A stretch of DNA of 64,000 bases from Eledone cirrhosa (Eukaryota), in NCBI GenBank assembly GCA_964016885.1, contig OZ024741.1, positions 20,212,001 to 20,276,000 of the forward strand, read 5' to 3'. The position numbers and the translations under genes were made by a program. The notes under the pieces are model-generated. The model had not been told where the DNA came from and made no database searches. It saw nothing but the letters and a program-made list of their open reading frames with translations. Every line of letters begins with the position of its first letter. Within the stretch, counting starts at the first letter, position 1. Below are positions 1-16,700 of this stretch, piece by piece.

Positions 1-2676
1 CAGTACAGCTCATATTATCTGGGACAGTGTCGCAGTAACACACATATCTTAAATCCCAGTTACAGCACAGCTCATATTATGTGGCACAGTTTCGCAGTAA
101 CACACATATCTTAAACACATATTACAGTACAGCTCATATTATCTGGGACAGTGTCGCAGTAACACATATCTTAAATCCCTATTACAGTACAGCTCATATT
201 ATCTGGGACAGTGTCGCAGTAACACACATATCTTAAATCCCTATTACAGTACAGCTCATATTATCTGGGACAGTGTCGCAATAACAAACATATCTTAAAT
301 CCCTATTACAGTCCAGCTCATATTATCTGGGACATTGTCGCAATAACACATATCTTAAATCCCTATTACAGTACAGCTCATATTATCTGGGACAGTGTCG
401 CAGTAACACACATATCTTAAATCCCTATTACAGTCCAGCTCATATTATCTGGGACAGAGTCACAATAACACATATATCTTAAACCCCTATTACAGTCCAG
501 CTCATATTATCTGGGACAGAGTCGCAATAACACACATATCTTAAACCCCTATTACAGTCCAGCTAATATTATCTGGGACAGAGTCGCAATAACACACATA
601 TCTTAAACCCCTATTACAGTCCAGCTCATAATATCTGGGACATTGTCGCAGTAACACACATATCTTAAATCCCTATTACAGTAAAGCTCATATTATCTGG
701 CACAGTGTCGCAGTAACACACATATCTTAAACCCCTATTACAGTACAGCTCATATTATCTGGCACAGTGTCGCAGTAACACATATCTTAAATCCCTATTA
801 CAGTACAGCTCATATTATCTGGGACAGTGTCGCAGTAACACATATCTTAAATCCCTATTACAGTACAGCTCATATTATCTGGGACAGTGTCGCAGTAACA
901 CACATATCTTAAATCCCTATTACAGTACAGCTCATATTATCTGGGACAGTGTCGCAGTAACACATATCTTAAATCCCTATTACAGTACAGCTCATATTAT
1001 CTGGGACAGTGTCGCAGTGCCACACATATCTTAAACCCCTATTACATTACAGCTCATATTATCTGGGACAGTGTCGCAGTAACACATATCTTAAACCCCT
1101 ATTACAGTACAGCTCATATTATCTGGGACAGTGTCGCAGTAACACACATATCTTAAACCCCTATTACAGTACAGCTCATATTATCTGGGACAGTGTCGCA
1201 GTAACACATATCTTAAACCCCTATTACAGTACAGCTCATATTATCTGGGACAGTGTCGCAGTAACACACATATCTTAATTCCCTATTACAGTACAGCTCA
1301 TATTATCTAACACAGTGTCGCAGTAACACATATCTTAAACCCCTATTACAGCACAACTCATATTATCTGGGACAGTGTCGCAGTAACACACATATCTAAA
1401 ACCTCTATTACAGTACAGCTCTTATTATCTGGGACAGGGTCGCAGTAACACATATCTTAAACCCCTATTACAGTACAGCTCATATTATCTGGGACAGTGT
1501 CGCAGTAACACATATCTTAAACCACTAATACAGTACAGCTCATATTATCTGGCACAGTGTCGCAGTAACACATATCTTAAATCCCAGTTACAGTACAGCT
1601 CATAATATCTGGGACAGTGCCGCTGTAACACATATCTTAAATCCCTATTACAGTACAGCTCATATTATGTGGGACAGTGCTGCAGTAACACATATCTTAA
1701 ATACCTATTACAGTACAGCTCATATTATCTGGCACAGTGTCGCAGTAACACATATCTTAAACCCCTATTACAGTACAGCTCATATTATCTGAGACAGTGT
1801 CACAGTAACACATATCCTAAACCCCTATTACAGCACAGCTCATATTATCTGGGACAGTGTCGCAGCAACACATATCTTAAATCCCTATTACAGTACAGCT
1901 CATATTATCTGGGACAGTGTCGCAGTAACACACATATCTTAAATCCCTATTACAGTACAGCTCATATTATCTGGGACAGTGTCGCAATAACAAACATATC
2001 TTAAATCCCTATTACAGTCCAGCTCATATTATCTGGGACATTGTCGCAATAACACATATCTTAAATCCCTATTACAGTACAGCTCATATTATCTGGGACA
2101 GTGTCGCAGTAACACACATATCTTAAATCCCTATTACAGTCCAGCTCATATTATCTGGGACAGAGTCACAATAACACATATATCTTAAACCCCTATTACA
2201 GTCCAGCTCATATTATCTGGGACAGAGTCGCAATAACACACATATCTTAAACCCCTATTACAGTCCAGCTAATATTATCTGGGACAGAGTCGCAATAACA
2301 CACATATCTTAAACCCCTATTACAGTCCAGCTCATAATATCTGGGACATTGTCGCAGTAACACACATATCTTAAATCCCTATTACAGTAAAGCTCATATT
2401 ATCTGGCACAGTGTCGCAGTAACACACATATCTTAAACCCCTATTACAGTACAGCTCATATTATCTGGCACAGTGTCGCAGTAACACATATCTTAAACCC
2501 CTATTACAGTACAGCTCATATTATCTGGGACAGTGTCACAGTAACACATATCCTAAACCCCTATTACAGCACAGCTCATATTATCTGGGACAGTGTCGCA
2601 GCAACACATATCTTAAATCCCTATTACAGTACAGCTCATATTATCTGGGACAGTGTCGCAGAAACACATATCTTAA

Positions 2677-2900
2677 CCCTTTCGCATTTACATTACTCTA
2701 TATATACTATTATATTTTCGTGGTAAAAGTTTTACCTCACATAATTATCTCAGATAATACTGAATCTATGAAATTTGTATGTTATTTATTTTGAGAAAAA
2801 TACCTTAACATCAGTATGAGTGGCCAGTTACAGCCGGTTTGACGAGATATGGATGAGAGAATTCTGGCCGGATACAGCCGGTGTAAATGATGCTAAAGGG
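2677..2900. mobile_element. piggyBac-type MITE copy 1 (224 bp)
   Basis: TTAA (2673-2676) | CCCTTTCGCATTTACA ... TGTAAATGATGCTAAAGGG | TTAA (2901-2904); TTAA duplication plus CCC/GGG termini are piggyBac hallmarks; no transposase ORF. Confidence 0.9.
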
Positions 2901-4120
2901 TTAAAACCCTATTACAGTGAAACTCATAATATCTGGGACAGTGTCGCAGTAACACACATATCTTAAACCTTTATTACTGTACAGCTCATATTATCTGGGA
3001 CAGTGTCGCAATAACACACATATCTTAAACCCCTATTACAGCACAGCTCATATTTTCTGGGACAGTTTCGCAATAACACATATCTTAAATCCCTATTACA
3101 GTACAGCTCATATTATCTGGGACAGTGTCGCAGTAACACACATATCTTAAATCCCAGTTACAGCACAGCTCATATTATCTGGCACAGTGTCGCAGTAACA
3201 CACATATCTTAAACACATATTACATTACAGCTCATATTATCTGGGACACTGTCGCAGTAACACACATATCTTAAATCCCTATTACAGTACAGCTCATATT
3301 ATCTGGGACAGTGTCACAGTAACATATATCTTAAACCCCTATTACAGCACAGCTCATATTATCTGGGACAGTGTCGCAGTAACACACATATCTTAAACCC
3401 CTATTACAGTACAGCTCATATTATCTGGGACAGTGTCGCAGTAACACACATATCTTAATTCCCTATTACAGTACAGCTCATATTATCTAACACAGTGTCG
3501 CAGTAACACATATCTTAAACCCCTATTACAGCACAACTCATATTATCTGGGACAGTGTCGCAGTAACACACATATCTAAAACCTCTATTACAGTACAGCT
3601 CTTATTATCTGGGACAGGGTCGCAGTAACACATATCTTAAACCCCTATTACAGTACAGCTCATATTATCTGGGACAGTGTCGCAGTAACACATATCTTAA
3701 ACCACTAATACAGTACAGCTCATATTATCTGGCACAGTGTCGCAGTAACACATATCTTAAATCCCAGTTACAGTACAGCTCATAATATCTGGGACAGTGC
3801 CGCTGTAACACATATCTTAAATCCCTATTACAGTACAGCTCATATTATGTGGGACAGTGCTGCAGTAACACATATCTTAAATACCTATTACAGTACAGCT
3901 CATATTATCTGGCACAGTGTCGCAGTAACACATATCTTAAACCCCTATTACAGTACAGCTCATATTATCTGGGACAGTGTCACAGTAACACATATCCTAA
4001 ACCCCTATTACAGCACAGCTCATATTATCTGGGACAGTGTCGCAGCAACACATATCTTAAATCCCTATTACAGTACAGCTCATATTATCTGGGACAGTGT
4101 CGCAGAAACACATATCTTAA

Positions 4121-4344
4121 CCCTTTCGCATTTACATTACTCTATATATACTATTATATTTTCGTGGTAAAAGTTTTACCTCACATAATTATCTCAGATA
4201 AAACTGAATCTATGAAATTTGTATGTTATTTATTTTGAGAAAAATACCTTAACATCAGTATGAGTGGCCAGTTACAGCCGGTTTGACGAGATATGGATGA
4301 GAGAATTCTGGCCGGATACAGCCGGTGTAAATGATGCTAAAGGG
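4121..4344. mobile_element. piggyBac-type MITE copy 2
   Basis: Near-identical to copy 1, TTAA on both sides. Confidence 0.9.
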
Positions 4345-7300
4345 TTAAAACCCTATTACAGTGAAACTCATAATATCTGGGACAGTGTCGCAGTAACACA
4401 CATATCTTAAACCTTTATTACTGTACAGCTCATATTATCTGGGACAGTGTCGCAATAACACACATATCTTAAACCCCTATTACAGCACAGCTCATATTTT
4501 CTGGGACAGTTTCGCAATAACACATATCTTAAATCCCTATTACAGTACAGCTCATATTATCTGGGACAGTGTCGCAGTAACACACATATCTTAAATCCCA
4601 GTTACAGCACAGCTCATATTATCTGGCACAGTGTCGCAGTAACACACATATCTTAAACACATATTACATTACAGCTCATATTATCTGGGACACTGTCGCA
4701 GTAACACACATATCTTAAATCCCTATTACAGTACAGCTCATATTATCTGGGACAGTGTCACAGTAACATATATCTTAAACCCCTATTACAGCACAGCTCA
4801 TATTATCTGGGACAGTGTCGCAGTAACACACATATCTTAAACCCCTATTACAGTACAGCTCATATTATCTGGGACAGTGTCGCAGTAACACATATCTTAA
4901 ACCCCTATTACAGTACAGCTCATATTATCTGGGACAGTGTCGCAGTAACACATATCTTAAACCCCTATTACAGTCCAGCTCATATTATCTGGGACAGAGT
5001 CGCAATAACACACATATCATAAACCCCTATTACAGTCCAGCTCATAATATCTGGGACATTGTCGCAGTAACACACATATCTTAAATCCCTATTACAGTAC
5101 AGCTCATATTATCTGGCACAGTGTCGCAGTAACACACATATCTTAAACCCCTATTACAGTACAGCTCATATTATCTGGCACAGTGTCGCAGTAACACATA
5201 TCTTAAATCCCTATTACAGTACAGCTCATATTATCTGGGACAGTGTCGCAGTAACACACATATCTTAAATCCTAAATTAGAGCACAGCTCATATTATCTG
5301 GGACAGTGTCGCAGTAACACATATCTTAAACCCCTATTACAGTCCAGCTCATATTATCTGGGACAGTGTCGCAATAACACATATCTTAAACCCCTATTAC
5401 ATTACAGCTCATAATATCTGGGACATTGTCGCAGTAACACACATATCTTAAATCCCTATTACAGTACAGCTCATATTATCTGGCACAGTGTCGCAGTAAC
5501 ACACATATCTTAAACCCCTATTACAGTACAGCTCATATTATCTGGCACAGTGTCGCAGTAACACATATCTTAAATCCCTATTACAGTACAGCTCATATTA
5601 TCTGGGACAGTGTCGCAGTAACACACATATCTTAAATCCTAAGTTAGAGCACAGCTCATATTATCTGGGACAGTGTCGCAGTAACACATATCTTAAACCC
5701 CTATTACAGTCCAGCTCATATTATCTGGGACAGTGTCGCAATAACACATATCTTAAACCCCTATTACTTTACAGCTCATATTATCTGGGACAGTGTCGCA
5801 GTAACACACATATCTTAAACCCCTATTACAGTACAGCTCATATTATCTGGGACAGTGTCGCAGTAACACATATCTTAAATCCCTATTACAGTACAGCTCA
5901 TATTATCTGGGACAGTGTCGCAGTAACACACATATCTTAAATCCCAGTTACAGCACAGCTCATATTATGTGGCACAGTTTCGCAGTAACACACATATCTT
6001 AAACACATATTACAGTACAGCTCATATTATCTGGGACAGTGTCGCAGTAACACATATCTTAAATCCCTATTACAGTACAGCTCATATTATCTGGGACAGT
6101 GTCGCAGTAACACACATATCTTAAATCCCTATTACAGTACAGCTCATATTATCTGGGACAGTGTCGCAATAACAAACATATCTTAAATCCCTATTACAGT
6201 CCAGCTCATATTATCTGGGACATTGTCGCAATAACACATATCTTAAATCCCTATTACAGTACAGCTCATATTATCTGGGACAGTGTCGCAGTAACACACA
6301 TATCTTAAATCCCTATTACAGTCCAGCTCATATTATCTGGGACAGAGTCACAATAACACATATATCTTAAACCCCTATTACAGTCCAGCTCATATTATCT
6401 GGGACAGAGTCGCAATAACACACATATCTTAAACCCCTATTACAGTCCAGCTAATATTATCTGGGACAGAGTCGCAATAACACACATATCTTAAACCCCT
6501 ATTACAGTCCAGCTCATAATATCTGGGACATTGTCGCAGTAACACACATATCTTAAATCCCTATTACAGTAAAGCTCATATTATCTGGCACAGTGTCGCA
6601 GTAACACACATATCTTAAACCCCTATTACAGTACAGCTCATATTATCTGGCACAGTGTCGCAGTAACACATATCTTAAATCCCTATTACAGTACAGCTCA
6701 TATTATCTGGGACAGTGTCGCGGTAACACATATCTTAAATCCCTATTACAGTACAGCTCATATTATCTGGGACAGTGTCGCAGTAACACACATATCTTAA
6801 ATCCCTATTACAGTACAGCTCATATTATCTGGGACAGTGTCGCAGTAACACATATCTTAAATCCCTATTACAGTACAGCTCATATTATCTGGGACAGTGT
6901 CGCAGTACCACACATATCTTAAACCCCTATTACATTACAGCTCATATTATCTGGGACAGTGTCGCAGTAACACATATCTTAAACCCCTATTACAGTACAG
7001 CTCATATTATCTGGGACAGTGTCGCAGTAACACACATATCTTAAACCCCTATTACAGTACAGCTCATATTATCTGGGACAGTGTCGCAGTAACACATATC
7101 TTAAACCCCTATTACAGTACAGCTCATATTATCTGGGACAGTGTCGCAGTAACACACATATCTTAATTCCCTATTACAGTACAGCTCATATTATCTAACA
7201 CAGTGTCGCAGTAACACATATCTTAAACCCCTATTACAGCACAACTCATATTATCTGGGACAGTGTCGCAGTAACACACATATCTAAAACCTCTATTACA

Positions 7301-7828
7301 GTACAGCTCTTATTATCTGGGACAGGGTCGCAGTAACACATATCTTAAACCCCTATTACAGTACAGCTCATATTATCTGGGACAGTGTCGCAGTAACACA
7401 TATCTTAAACCACTAATACAGTACAGCTCATATTATCTGGCACAGTGTCGCAGTAACACATATCTTAAATCCCAGTTACAGTACAGCTCATAATATCTGG
7501 GACAGTGCCGCTGTAACACATATCTTAAATCCCTATTACAGTACAGCTCATATTATGTGGGACAGTGCTGCAGTAACACATATCTTAAATACCTATTACA
7601 GTACAGCTCATATTATCTGGCACAGTGTCGCAGTAACACATATCTTAAACCCCTATTACAGTACAGCTCATATTATCTGAGACAGTGTCACAGTAACACA
7701 TATCCTAAACCCCTATTACAGCACAGCTCATATTATCTGGGACAGTGTCGCAGCAACACATATCTTAAATCCCTATTACAGTACAGCTCATATTATCTGG
7801 GACAGTGTCGCAGAAACACATATCTTAA

Positions 7829-8052
7829 CCCTTTCGCATTTACATTACTCTATATATACTATTATATTTTCGTGGTAAAAGTTTTACCTCACATAATTAT
7901 CTCAGATAATACTGAATCTATGAAATTTGTATGTTATTTATTTTGAGAAAAATACCTTAACATCAGTATGAGTGGCCAGTTACAGCCGGTTTGACGAGAT
8001 ATGGATGAGAGAATTCTGGCCGGATACAGCCGGTGTAAATGATGCTAAAGGG
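7829..8052. mobile_element. piggyBac-type MITE copy 3
   Basis: Near-identical to copy 1, TTAA on both sides. Confidence 0.9.
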
Positions 8053-11000
8053 TTAAAACCCTATTACAGTGAAACTCATAATATCTGGGACAGTGTCGCA
8101 GTAACACACATATCTTAAACCTTTATTACTGTACAGCTCATATTATCTGGGACAGTGTCGCAATAACACACATATCTTAAACCCCTATTACAGCACAGCT
8201 CATATTTTCTGGGACAGTTTCGCAATAACACATATCTTAAATCCCTATTACAGTACAGCTCATATTATCTGGGACAGTGTCGCAGTAACACACATATCTT
8301 AAATCCCAGTTACAGCACAGCTCATATTATCTGGCACAGTGTCGCAGTAACACACATATCTTAAACACATATTACATTACAGCTCATATTATCTGGGACA
8401 CTGTCGCAGTAACACACATATCTTAAATCCCTATTACAGTACAGCTCATATTATCTGGGACAGTGTCACAGTAACATATATCTTAAACCCCTATTACAGC
8501 ACAGCTCATATTATCTGGGACAGTGTCACAGTAACACACATATCTTAAACCCCTATTACAGTACAGCTCATATTATCTGGGACAGTGTCGCAGTAACACA
8601 TATCTTAAACCCCTATTACAGTACAGCTCATATTATCTGGGACAGTGTCGCAGTAACACATATCTTAAACCCCTATTACAGTACAGCTCATATTATCTGG
8701 GACAGTGTCGCAATAACACATATCTTAAATCCCTATTACAGTACAGCTCATATTATCTGGGACAGTGTCGCAGTAACACACATATCTTAAATCCAAGTTA
8801 CAGCACAGCTCATATTATCTGGCACAGTGTCGCAGTAACACACATATCTTAAACACATATTACAGTACAGCTCATATTATCTGGGACAGTGTCGCAGGAA
8901 CACACATATCTTAAATCCCTATTACAGAACAGCTCATATTATCTGGGACAGTATCACAGTAACACATATCTTAAACCCCTATTACAGCACAGCTCATATT
9001 ATCTGGGACAGTGTCGCAGTAACACATATCTTAAACCCCCATAAACAGTACAGCTCATATTATCTGGGAGAGTGTCGCAGTAACACATATCTTAAACCCC
9101 TATTACAGTACAGCTCATATTATCTGTGACAGTGTCGCAGTGACACATATCTTAAACCACTATTACAGTACAGCTCATATTATCTGGCACATTGTCGCAG
9201 TAACACATATCTTAAATCCCTATTACATTACAGCTCATATTATCTGGCACAGTGTCGCAGTAACACACATATCTTAAATCCCTATTACAGTACAGCTCAT
9301 ATTATCTGGGACAGTGTCGCAGTAACACACATATCTTAAACCCCTATTACAGCACAGCTCATACTATCTGGCACAGTGTCGCAGTAACACACATATCTTA
9401 AACCCCTATTACAGCACAGCTCATATTATCTGGGACAGTGTCGCAGTAACACACATATCCTAAATCCCTATTACAGTACAGCTCATATTATCTGGGACAG
9501 TGTCGCAGTAACACACATATCTTAAACCCCTATTACAGTACAGCTCATATTATCTGGGACAGTGTCGCAGTAACACACATATCTTAAACCCCTATTACAG
9601 TACAGCTCATATTATCTGGGACAGTTTCGCAATAACACATATCTTAAATCCCTATTACAGTACAGCTCATATTATCTGGGACAGTGTCGCAGTAACACAC
9701 ATATCTTAAACCCCTATTACAGTACAGCTCATATTATCTGGGACAGTGTCGCAGTAACACACATATCTTAAACCCCTATTACAGTACAGCTCATATTATC
9801 TGGGACAGTTTCGCAATAACACATATCTTAAATCCCTATTACAGTACAGCTCATATTATCTGGGACAGTGTCGCAGTAACACACATATCTTAAACCCCTA
9901 TTACAGTACAGCTCATATTATCTGGGACAGTGTCGCAGTAACACACATATCTTAAACCCCTATTACAGTACAGCTCATATTATCTGGGACAGTTTCGCAA
10001 TAACACATATCTTAAATCCCTATTACAGTACAGCTCATATTATCTGGGATAGTGGCGCAGTAACACACATATCTTAAATCCCAGTTACAGCACAGCTCAT
10101 ATTATCTGGCACAGTGTCGCAGTAACACACATATCTTAAACACATATTACAGTACAGCTCATATTATCTGGGACAGTGTCGCAGGAACACACATATCTTA
10201 AATCCCTATTACAGTACAGCTCATATTATCTGGGACAGTATCACAGTAACACATATCTTAAACCCATATTACAGCACAGCTCATATTATCTGGGACAGTG
10301 TCGCAGTAACACACATATCTTAAACCCCTATTACAGTACAGCTCATATTATCTGGGACAGTGTCGCAGTAACACATATCTTAAACCCCTATTACAGTACA
10401 GTTCATATTATCTGGGACAGTGTCGCAGTAACACTTATCTTAAACCACTATTACAGTACAGCTCATATTATCTGGCACAGTGTCGCAGTAACACATATCT
10501 TAAATCCCTATTACATTACAGCTCATATTATCTGGCACAGTGTCGCAGTAACACACATATCTTAAATCCCTATTACAGTACAGCTCATATTATCTGGGAC
10601 AGTGTCGCAGTAACACACATATCTTAAACCCATATTACAGCACAGCTCATATTATCTGGCACAGTGTCGCAGTAACACACATATCTTAAACCCCTATTAC
10701 AGTCCAGCTCATATTATCTGGGACAGTGTCGCAGTAACACACATATCTTAAACCCCTATTACAGTCCAGCTCATATTATCTGGGACAGTGTTGCAGTAAC
10801 ACACATATCTTAAATCACTATTCTTCTACAGCTCATATTATCTGGCACAGTGTCGCAGTAACACACATTTCTTAAATCCCTATTACAGTACAGCTCATAT
10901 TATCTGGGACAGTGTCGCAGTAACACATATCTTAAATCCCTATTACATTACAGCTCATATTATCTGGGACAGTGTCGCAGTAACACACATATCTTAAACC

Positions 11001-13494
11001 CCTATTACAGTACAGCTCATATTATCTGGAACAGTGTCGCAATAACACATATCTTAAATCCCTATTACAGTACAGCTCATATTATCTGGCACAGTGTCGC
11101 AGTAACACACATATCTTAAACACATATTACAGTACAGCTCATATTATCTGAGACAGTGTCGCAGTAACACATATCTTAAATCACTATTACAGTACAGCTC
11201 ATATTATCTGGGACAGTGTCGCAGTAACACATATCTTAAATCCCTATTACAGTACAGCTTATATTATCTGGGACAGTGTCGCAGTAACACACATATCTTA
11301 AACCCCTATTACAGTACAGCTCATACTATCTGGGACAGTGTCGCAGTAACACATATCTTCAATCCCTATTACAGTACAGCTCATATTATCTGGGACAGTG
11401 TCGCAGTAACACACATATCTTAAACCCCTATTACAGCACAGCTCATATTATCTGGGACAGTGTCGCAGTAACACACATATCTAAAACCTCTATTACAGTA
11501 CAGCTCTTATTATCTGGGACAGGGTCGCAGTAACACATATCTTAAAACACTATTACAGTACAGCTCATATTATCTGGGACAGTGTCGCAGTAACACACAT
11601 ATCTTAAACCCTAAATTAGAGCACAGCTCATATTATCTGGGACAGTGTCGCAGTAACACATATCTTAAACCCCTATTACAGTCCAGCTCATATTATCTAG
11701 CACGGTGTCGCAGTAACACATATCTTAAATCCCTATTACAGTACAGTTCATATTATCTGGGACAGTGTCGCAGTAACACACATATCTTAAATCCCTATTA
11801 CAGTACAGCTCATATTATCTGGGACAGTGTCGCAATAACAAACATATCTTAAATCCCTATTACAGTCCAGCTCATATTATCTGGGACAGTGTCGCAATAA
11901 CACATATCTTAAATCCCTATTACAGTACAGCTCATATTATCTGGGACAGTGTCGCAGTAACACACATATCTTAAATCCCTATTACAGTCCAGCTCATATT
12001 ATCTGGGACAGAGTCACAATAACACACATATCTTAAATCCCTATTACAGTCCAGCTCATATTATCTGGGACAGAGTCGCAATAACACACATATCTTAAAC
12101 CCCTATTACAGTCCAGCTCATATTATCTGCGACAGAGTCGCAATAACACACATATCTTAAACCCCTATTACAGTCCAGCTCATAATATCTGGGACATTGT
12201 CGCAGTAACACACATATCTTAAATCCCTATTACAGTAAAGCTCATATTATCTGGCACAGTGTCGCAGTAACACACATATCTTAAACCCCTATTACAGTAC
12301 AGCAAATATTATCTGGCACAGTGTCGCAGTAACACATATCTTAAATCCCTATTACAGTACAGCTCATATTATCTAGGACAGTGTCGCAGTAACACATATC
12401 TTAAATCCCTATTACAGTACAGCTCATATTATCTGGGACAGCGTCGCAGTAACACACATATCTTAAATCCCTATTACAGTACAGCTCATATTATCTGGGA
12501 CAGTGTCGCAGTAACACATATCTTAAATCCCTATTACAGTACAGCTCATATTATCTGGGACAGTGTCGCAGTACCACACATATCTTAAACCCCTATTACA
12601 TTACAGCTCATATTATCTGGGACAGTGTCGCAGTAACACATATCTTAAACCCCTATTACAGTACAGCTCATATTATCTGGGACAGTGTCGCAGTAACACA
12701 CATATCTTAAACCCCTATTACAGTACAGCTCATATTATCTGGGACAGTGTCGCAGTAACACATATCTTAAACCCCTATTACAGTACAGCTCATATTATCT
12801 GGGACAGTGTCGCAGTAACACACATATCTTAATTCCCTATTACAGTACAGCTCATATTATCTAGCACAGTGTCGCAGTAACACATATCTTAAACCCCTAT
12901 TACAGCACAACTCATATTATCTGGGACAGTGTCGCAGTAACACACATATCTAAAACCTCTATTACAGTACAGCTCTTATTATCTGGGACAGGGTCGCAGT
13001 AACACATATCTTAAACCCCTATTACAGTACAGCTCATATTATCTGGGACAGTGTCGCAGTAACACATATCTTAAACCACTAATACAGTACAGCTCATATT
13101 ATCTGGCACAGTGTCGCAGTAACACATATCTTAAATCCCAGTTACAGTACAGCTCATATTATCTGGGACAGTGCCGCAGTAACACATATCTTAAATCCCT
13201 ATTACAGTACAGCTCATATTATGTGGGACAATGCCTCAGTAACACATATCTTAAATACCTATTACAGTACAGCTCATATTATATGGCACAGTGTTGCAGT
13301 AACACATATCTTAAACCCCTATTACAGTACAGCTCATATTATCTGGGACAGTGTCACAGTAACACATATCTTAAACCCCTATTACAGCACAGCTCATATT
13401 ATCTGGGACAGTGTCGCAGCAACACATATCTTAAATCCCTATTACAGTACAGCTCATATTATCTGGGACAGTGTCGCAGAAACACATATCTTAA

Positions 13495-13718
13495 CCCTTT
13501 CGCATTTACATTACTCTATATATACTATTATATTTTCGTGGTAAAAGTTTTACCTCACATAATTATCTCACATAATACTGAATCTATGAAATTTGTATGT
13601 TATTTATTTTGAGAAAAATACCTTAACATCAGTATGAGTGGCCAGTTACAGCCGGTTTGACGAGATATGGATGAGAGAATTCTGGCCGGATACAGCCAGT
13701 GTAAATGATGCTAAAGGG
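13495..13718. mobile_element. piggyBac-type MITE copy 4
   Basis: Same element, TTAA on both sides. Confidence 0.9.
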
Positions 13719-16700
13719 TTAAAACCCTATTACAGTGAAACTCATAATATCTGGGACAGTGTCGCAGTAACACACATATCTTAAACCTTTATTACTGTAC
13801 AGCTCATATTATCTGGGACAGTGTCGCAATAACACACATATCTTAAACCCCTATTACAGCACAGCTCATATTATCTGGGACAGTGTCGCAGTAACACACA
13901 TATCTTAAATCCCAGTTACAGCACAGCTCATATTATCTGACACAGTGTCGCAGTAACACACATATCTTAAACACATATTACAGTACAGCTCATATTATCT
14001 GGGACACTGTCGCAGTAACACACATATCTTAAATCCCTATTACAGTACAGCTCATATTATCTGGGACAGTGTCACAGTAACACATATCTTAAACCACTAT
14101 TACAGCACAGCTCATATTATCTGGGACAGTGTCGCAGTAACACACATATCTTAAATCCCTATTACTGTACAGCTCATATTATCTGGGACAGTGTCGCAGT
14201 AACACATATCTTAAACCCCTATTACAGTACAACTCATATTATCTGGGACAGTGTCGCAGTAACACACATATCTTAAATCTCTGTTACAGTACAGCTCATA
14301 ATATCTGGGACAGTGTCGCAGTAACACACATATCTTAAATCCCTATTACAATACAGCTCATATTATCTGGGACAGTGTCGCAGTAACACATATCTTAAAC
14401 CCCTATTACAGTACAGCTCATATTATCTGGGACAGTGTCGCAGTAACACATATCTTAAACCTCTATTACAGTACAGCTCATATTATCTGGGACAGTGTCG
14501 CAGTAACACATATCTTAAACCCCTATTACAGTGCAGCTCATATTATTTGGCACAGTGTCGCAGTAACACATATATCTTAAATCCCTATTACATTACAGCT
14601 CATATTATCTGGCACAGTGTCGCAATAACACATATCTTAAATCCCTATTACATTACAGCTCATATTATCTGGCACAGTGTCGCAATAACACATATCTTAA
14701 ATCCCTATTACAGTACAGCTCATATTATCTGGGACAGTGTCGCAGTAACACACATATCTTAAATCCCAGTTACAGCACAGCTCATATTATCTGGCACAGT
14801 GTCGCAGTAACACACATATCTTAAACACATATTACAGTACAGCTCATATTATCTGGGACAGTGTCGCAGTAATACACATATCTTAAATCCCTATTACAGT
14901 ACAGCTCATATTATCTGGGACAGTATCACAGTAACACATATCTTAAACCCTATTACAGCACAGCTCATATTATCTGGGACAGTGTCGCAGTAACACATAT
15001 CTTAAACCCCTATTACAGTACAGCTCATATTATCTGGGACAGTGTCGCAGTAACACATATCTTAAACCCCTATTACAGTACAGCTCATATTATCTGGGAC
15101 AGTGTCGCAGTAACACATATCTTAGACCACTATTACAGTACAGCTCACATTATCTGGCACAGTGTCGCAGTAACACATATCTTAAATCCCTATTACATTA
15201 CAGCTCATATTATCTGGCACAGTGTCGCAGTAACACACATATCTTAAATCCCTATTACAGTACAGCTCATATTATCTGGGACAGTGTCGCAGTAACACAC
15301 ATATCTTAAACCCCTATTACAGCACAGCTCATATTATCTGGCACAGTGTCGCAGTAACACACATATCTTTAACCCCTATTACAGTCCAGCTCATATTATC
15401 TGGGACAGTGTCGCAGTAACACACATATCTTAAATCCCTATTACTGTACAGCTCATATTATCTGGCACAGTGTCGCAGTAACACACATATCTTAAATCCC
15501 TATTACAGTGCAGCTCATATTATCTGGGACAGTGTCGCAATAACACATATCTTAAACCCCTATTACATTACAGCTCATATTATCTGGGACAGTGTCGCAG
15601 TAACACACATATCTTAAACCCCTATTACAGTACAGCTCATATTATCTGGGACAGTTTCGCAATAACACATATCTTAAATCCCTATTAGAGTACAGCTCAT
15701 ATTATCTGGGATAGTGTCGCAGTAACACACATATCTTAAATCCCAGTTACAGCACAGCTCATATTATCTGGCACAGTGTCGCAGTAACACACATATCTTA
15801 AACACATATTACAGTACAGCTCATATTATCTGGGACACTGTCGCAGTAACACACATATCTTAAATCCCTATTACAGTACAGCTCATATAATCTGGGACAG
15901 TGTCACAGTAACACATATCTTAAACCCCTATTACAGCACAGCTCATATTATCTGGGACAGTGTCGCAGTAACACACATATCTTAAACCCCTATTACAGTA
16001 CAGCTCATATTATCTGGCACAGTGTCGCAGTAACACACATATCTTAAACACATATTACAGTACAGCTCATATTATCTGGGACAGTGTCGCAGGAACACAC
16101 ATATCTTAAATCCCTATTACAGTACAGCTCATATTATCTGGGACACTGTCGCAGTAACACACATATCTTAAATCCCTATTACAGTACAGCTCATATTATC
16201 TGGGACAGTGTCACAGTAACACATATCTTAAACCACTATTACAGCACAGCTCATATTATCTGGGACAGTGTCGCAGTAACACACATATCTTAAACCCCTA
16301 TTACAGTACAGCTCATATTATCTGGGACAGTGTCGCAGTAACACATATCTGAAACCCCTATTACAGTACAGCTCATATTATCTGGGACAGTGTCGCAGTA
16401 ACACATATCTTAAACCTCTATTACAGTACAGCTCATATTATCTGGGACAGTGTCGCAGTAACACATATCTTAAACCCCTATTACAGTGCAGCTCATATTA
16501 TTTGGCACAGTGTCGCAGTAACACATATATCTTAAATCCCTATTACATTACAGCTCATATTATCTGGCACAGTGTCGCAGTAACACATATCTTAAATCCC
16601 TTTTTACATTACAGCTCATATTATCTGGCACAGTGTCGCAATAACACATATCTTAAATCCCTATTACAATACAGCTCATATTATCTGGGACAGTGTCGCA

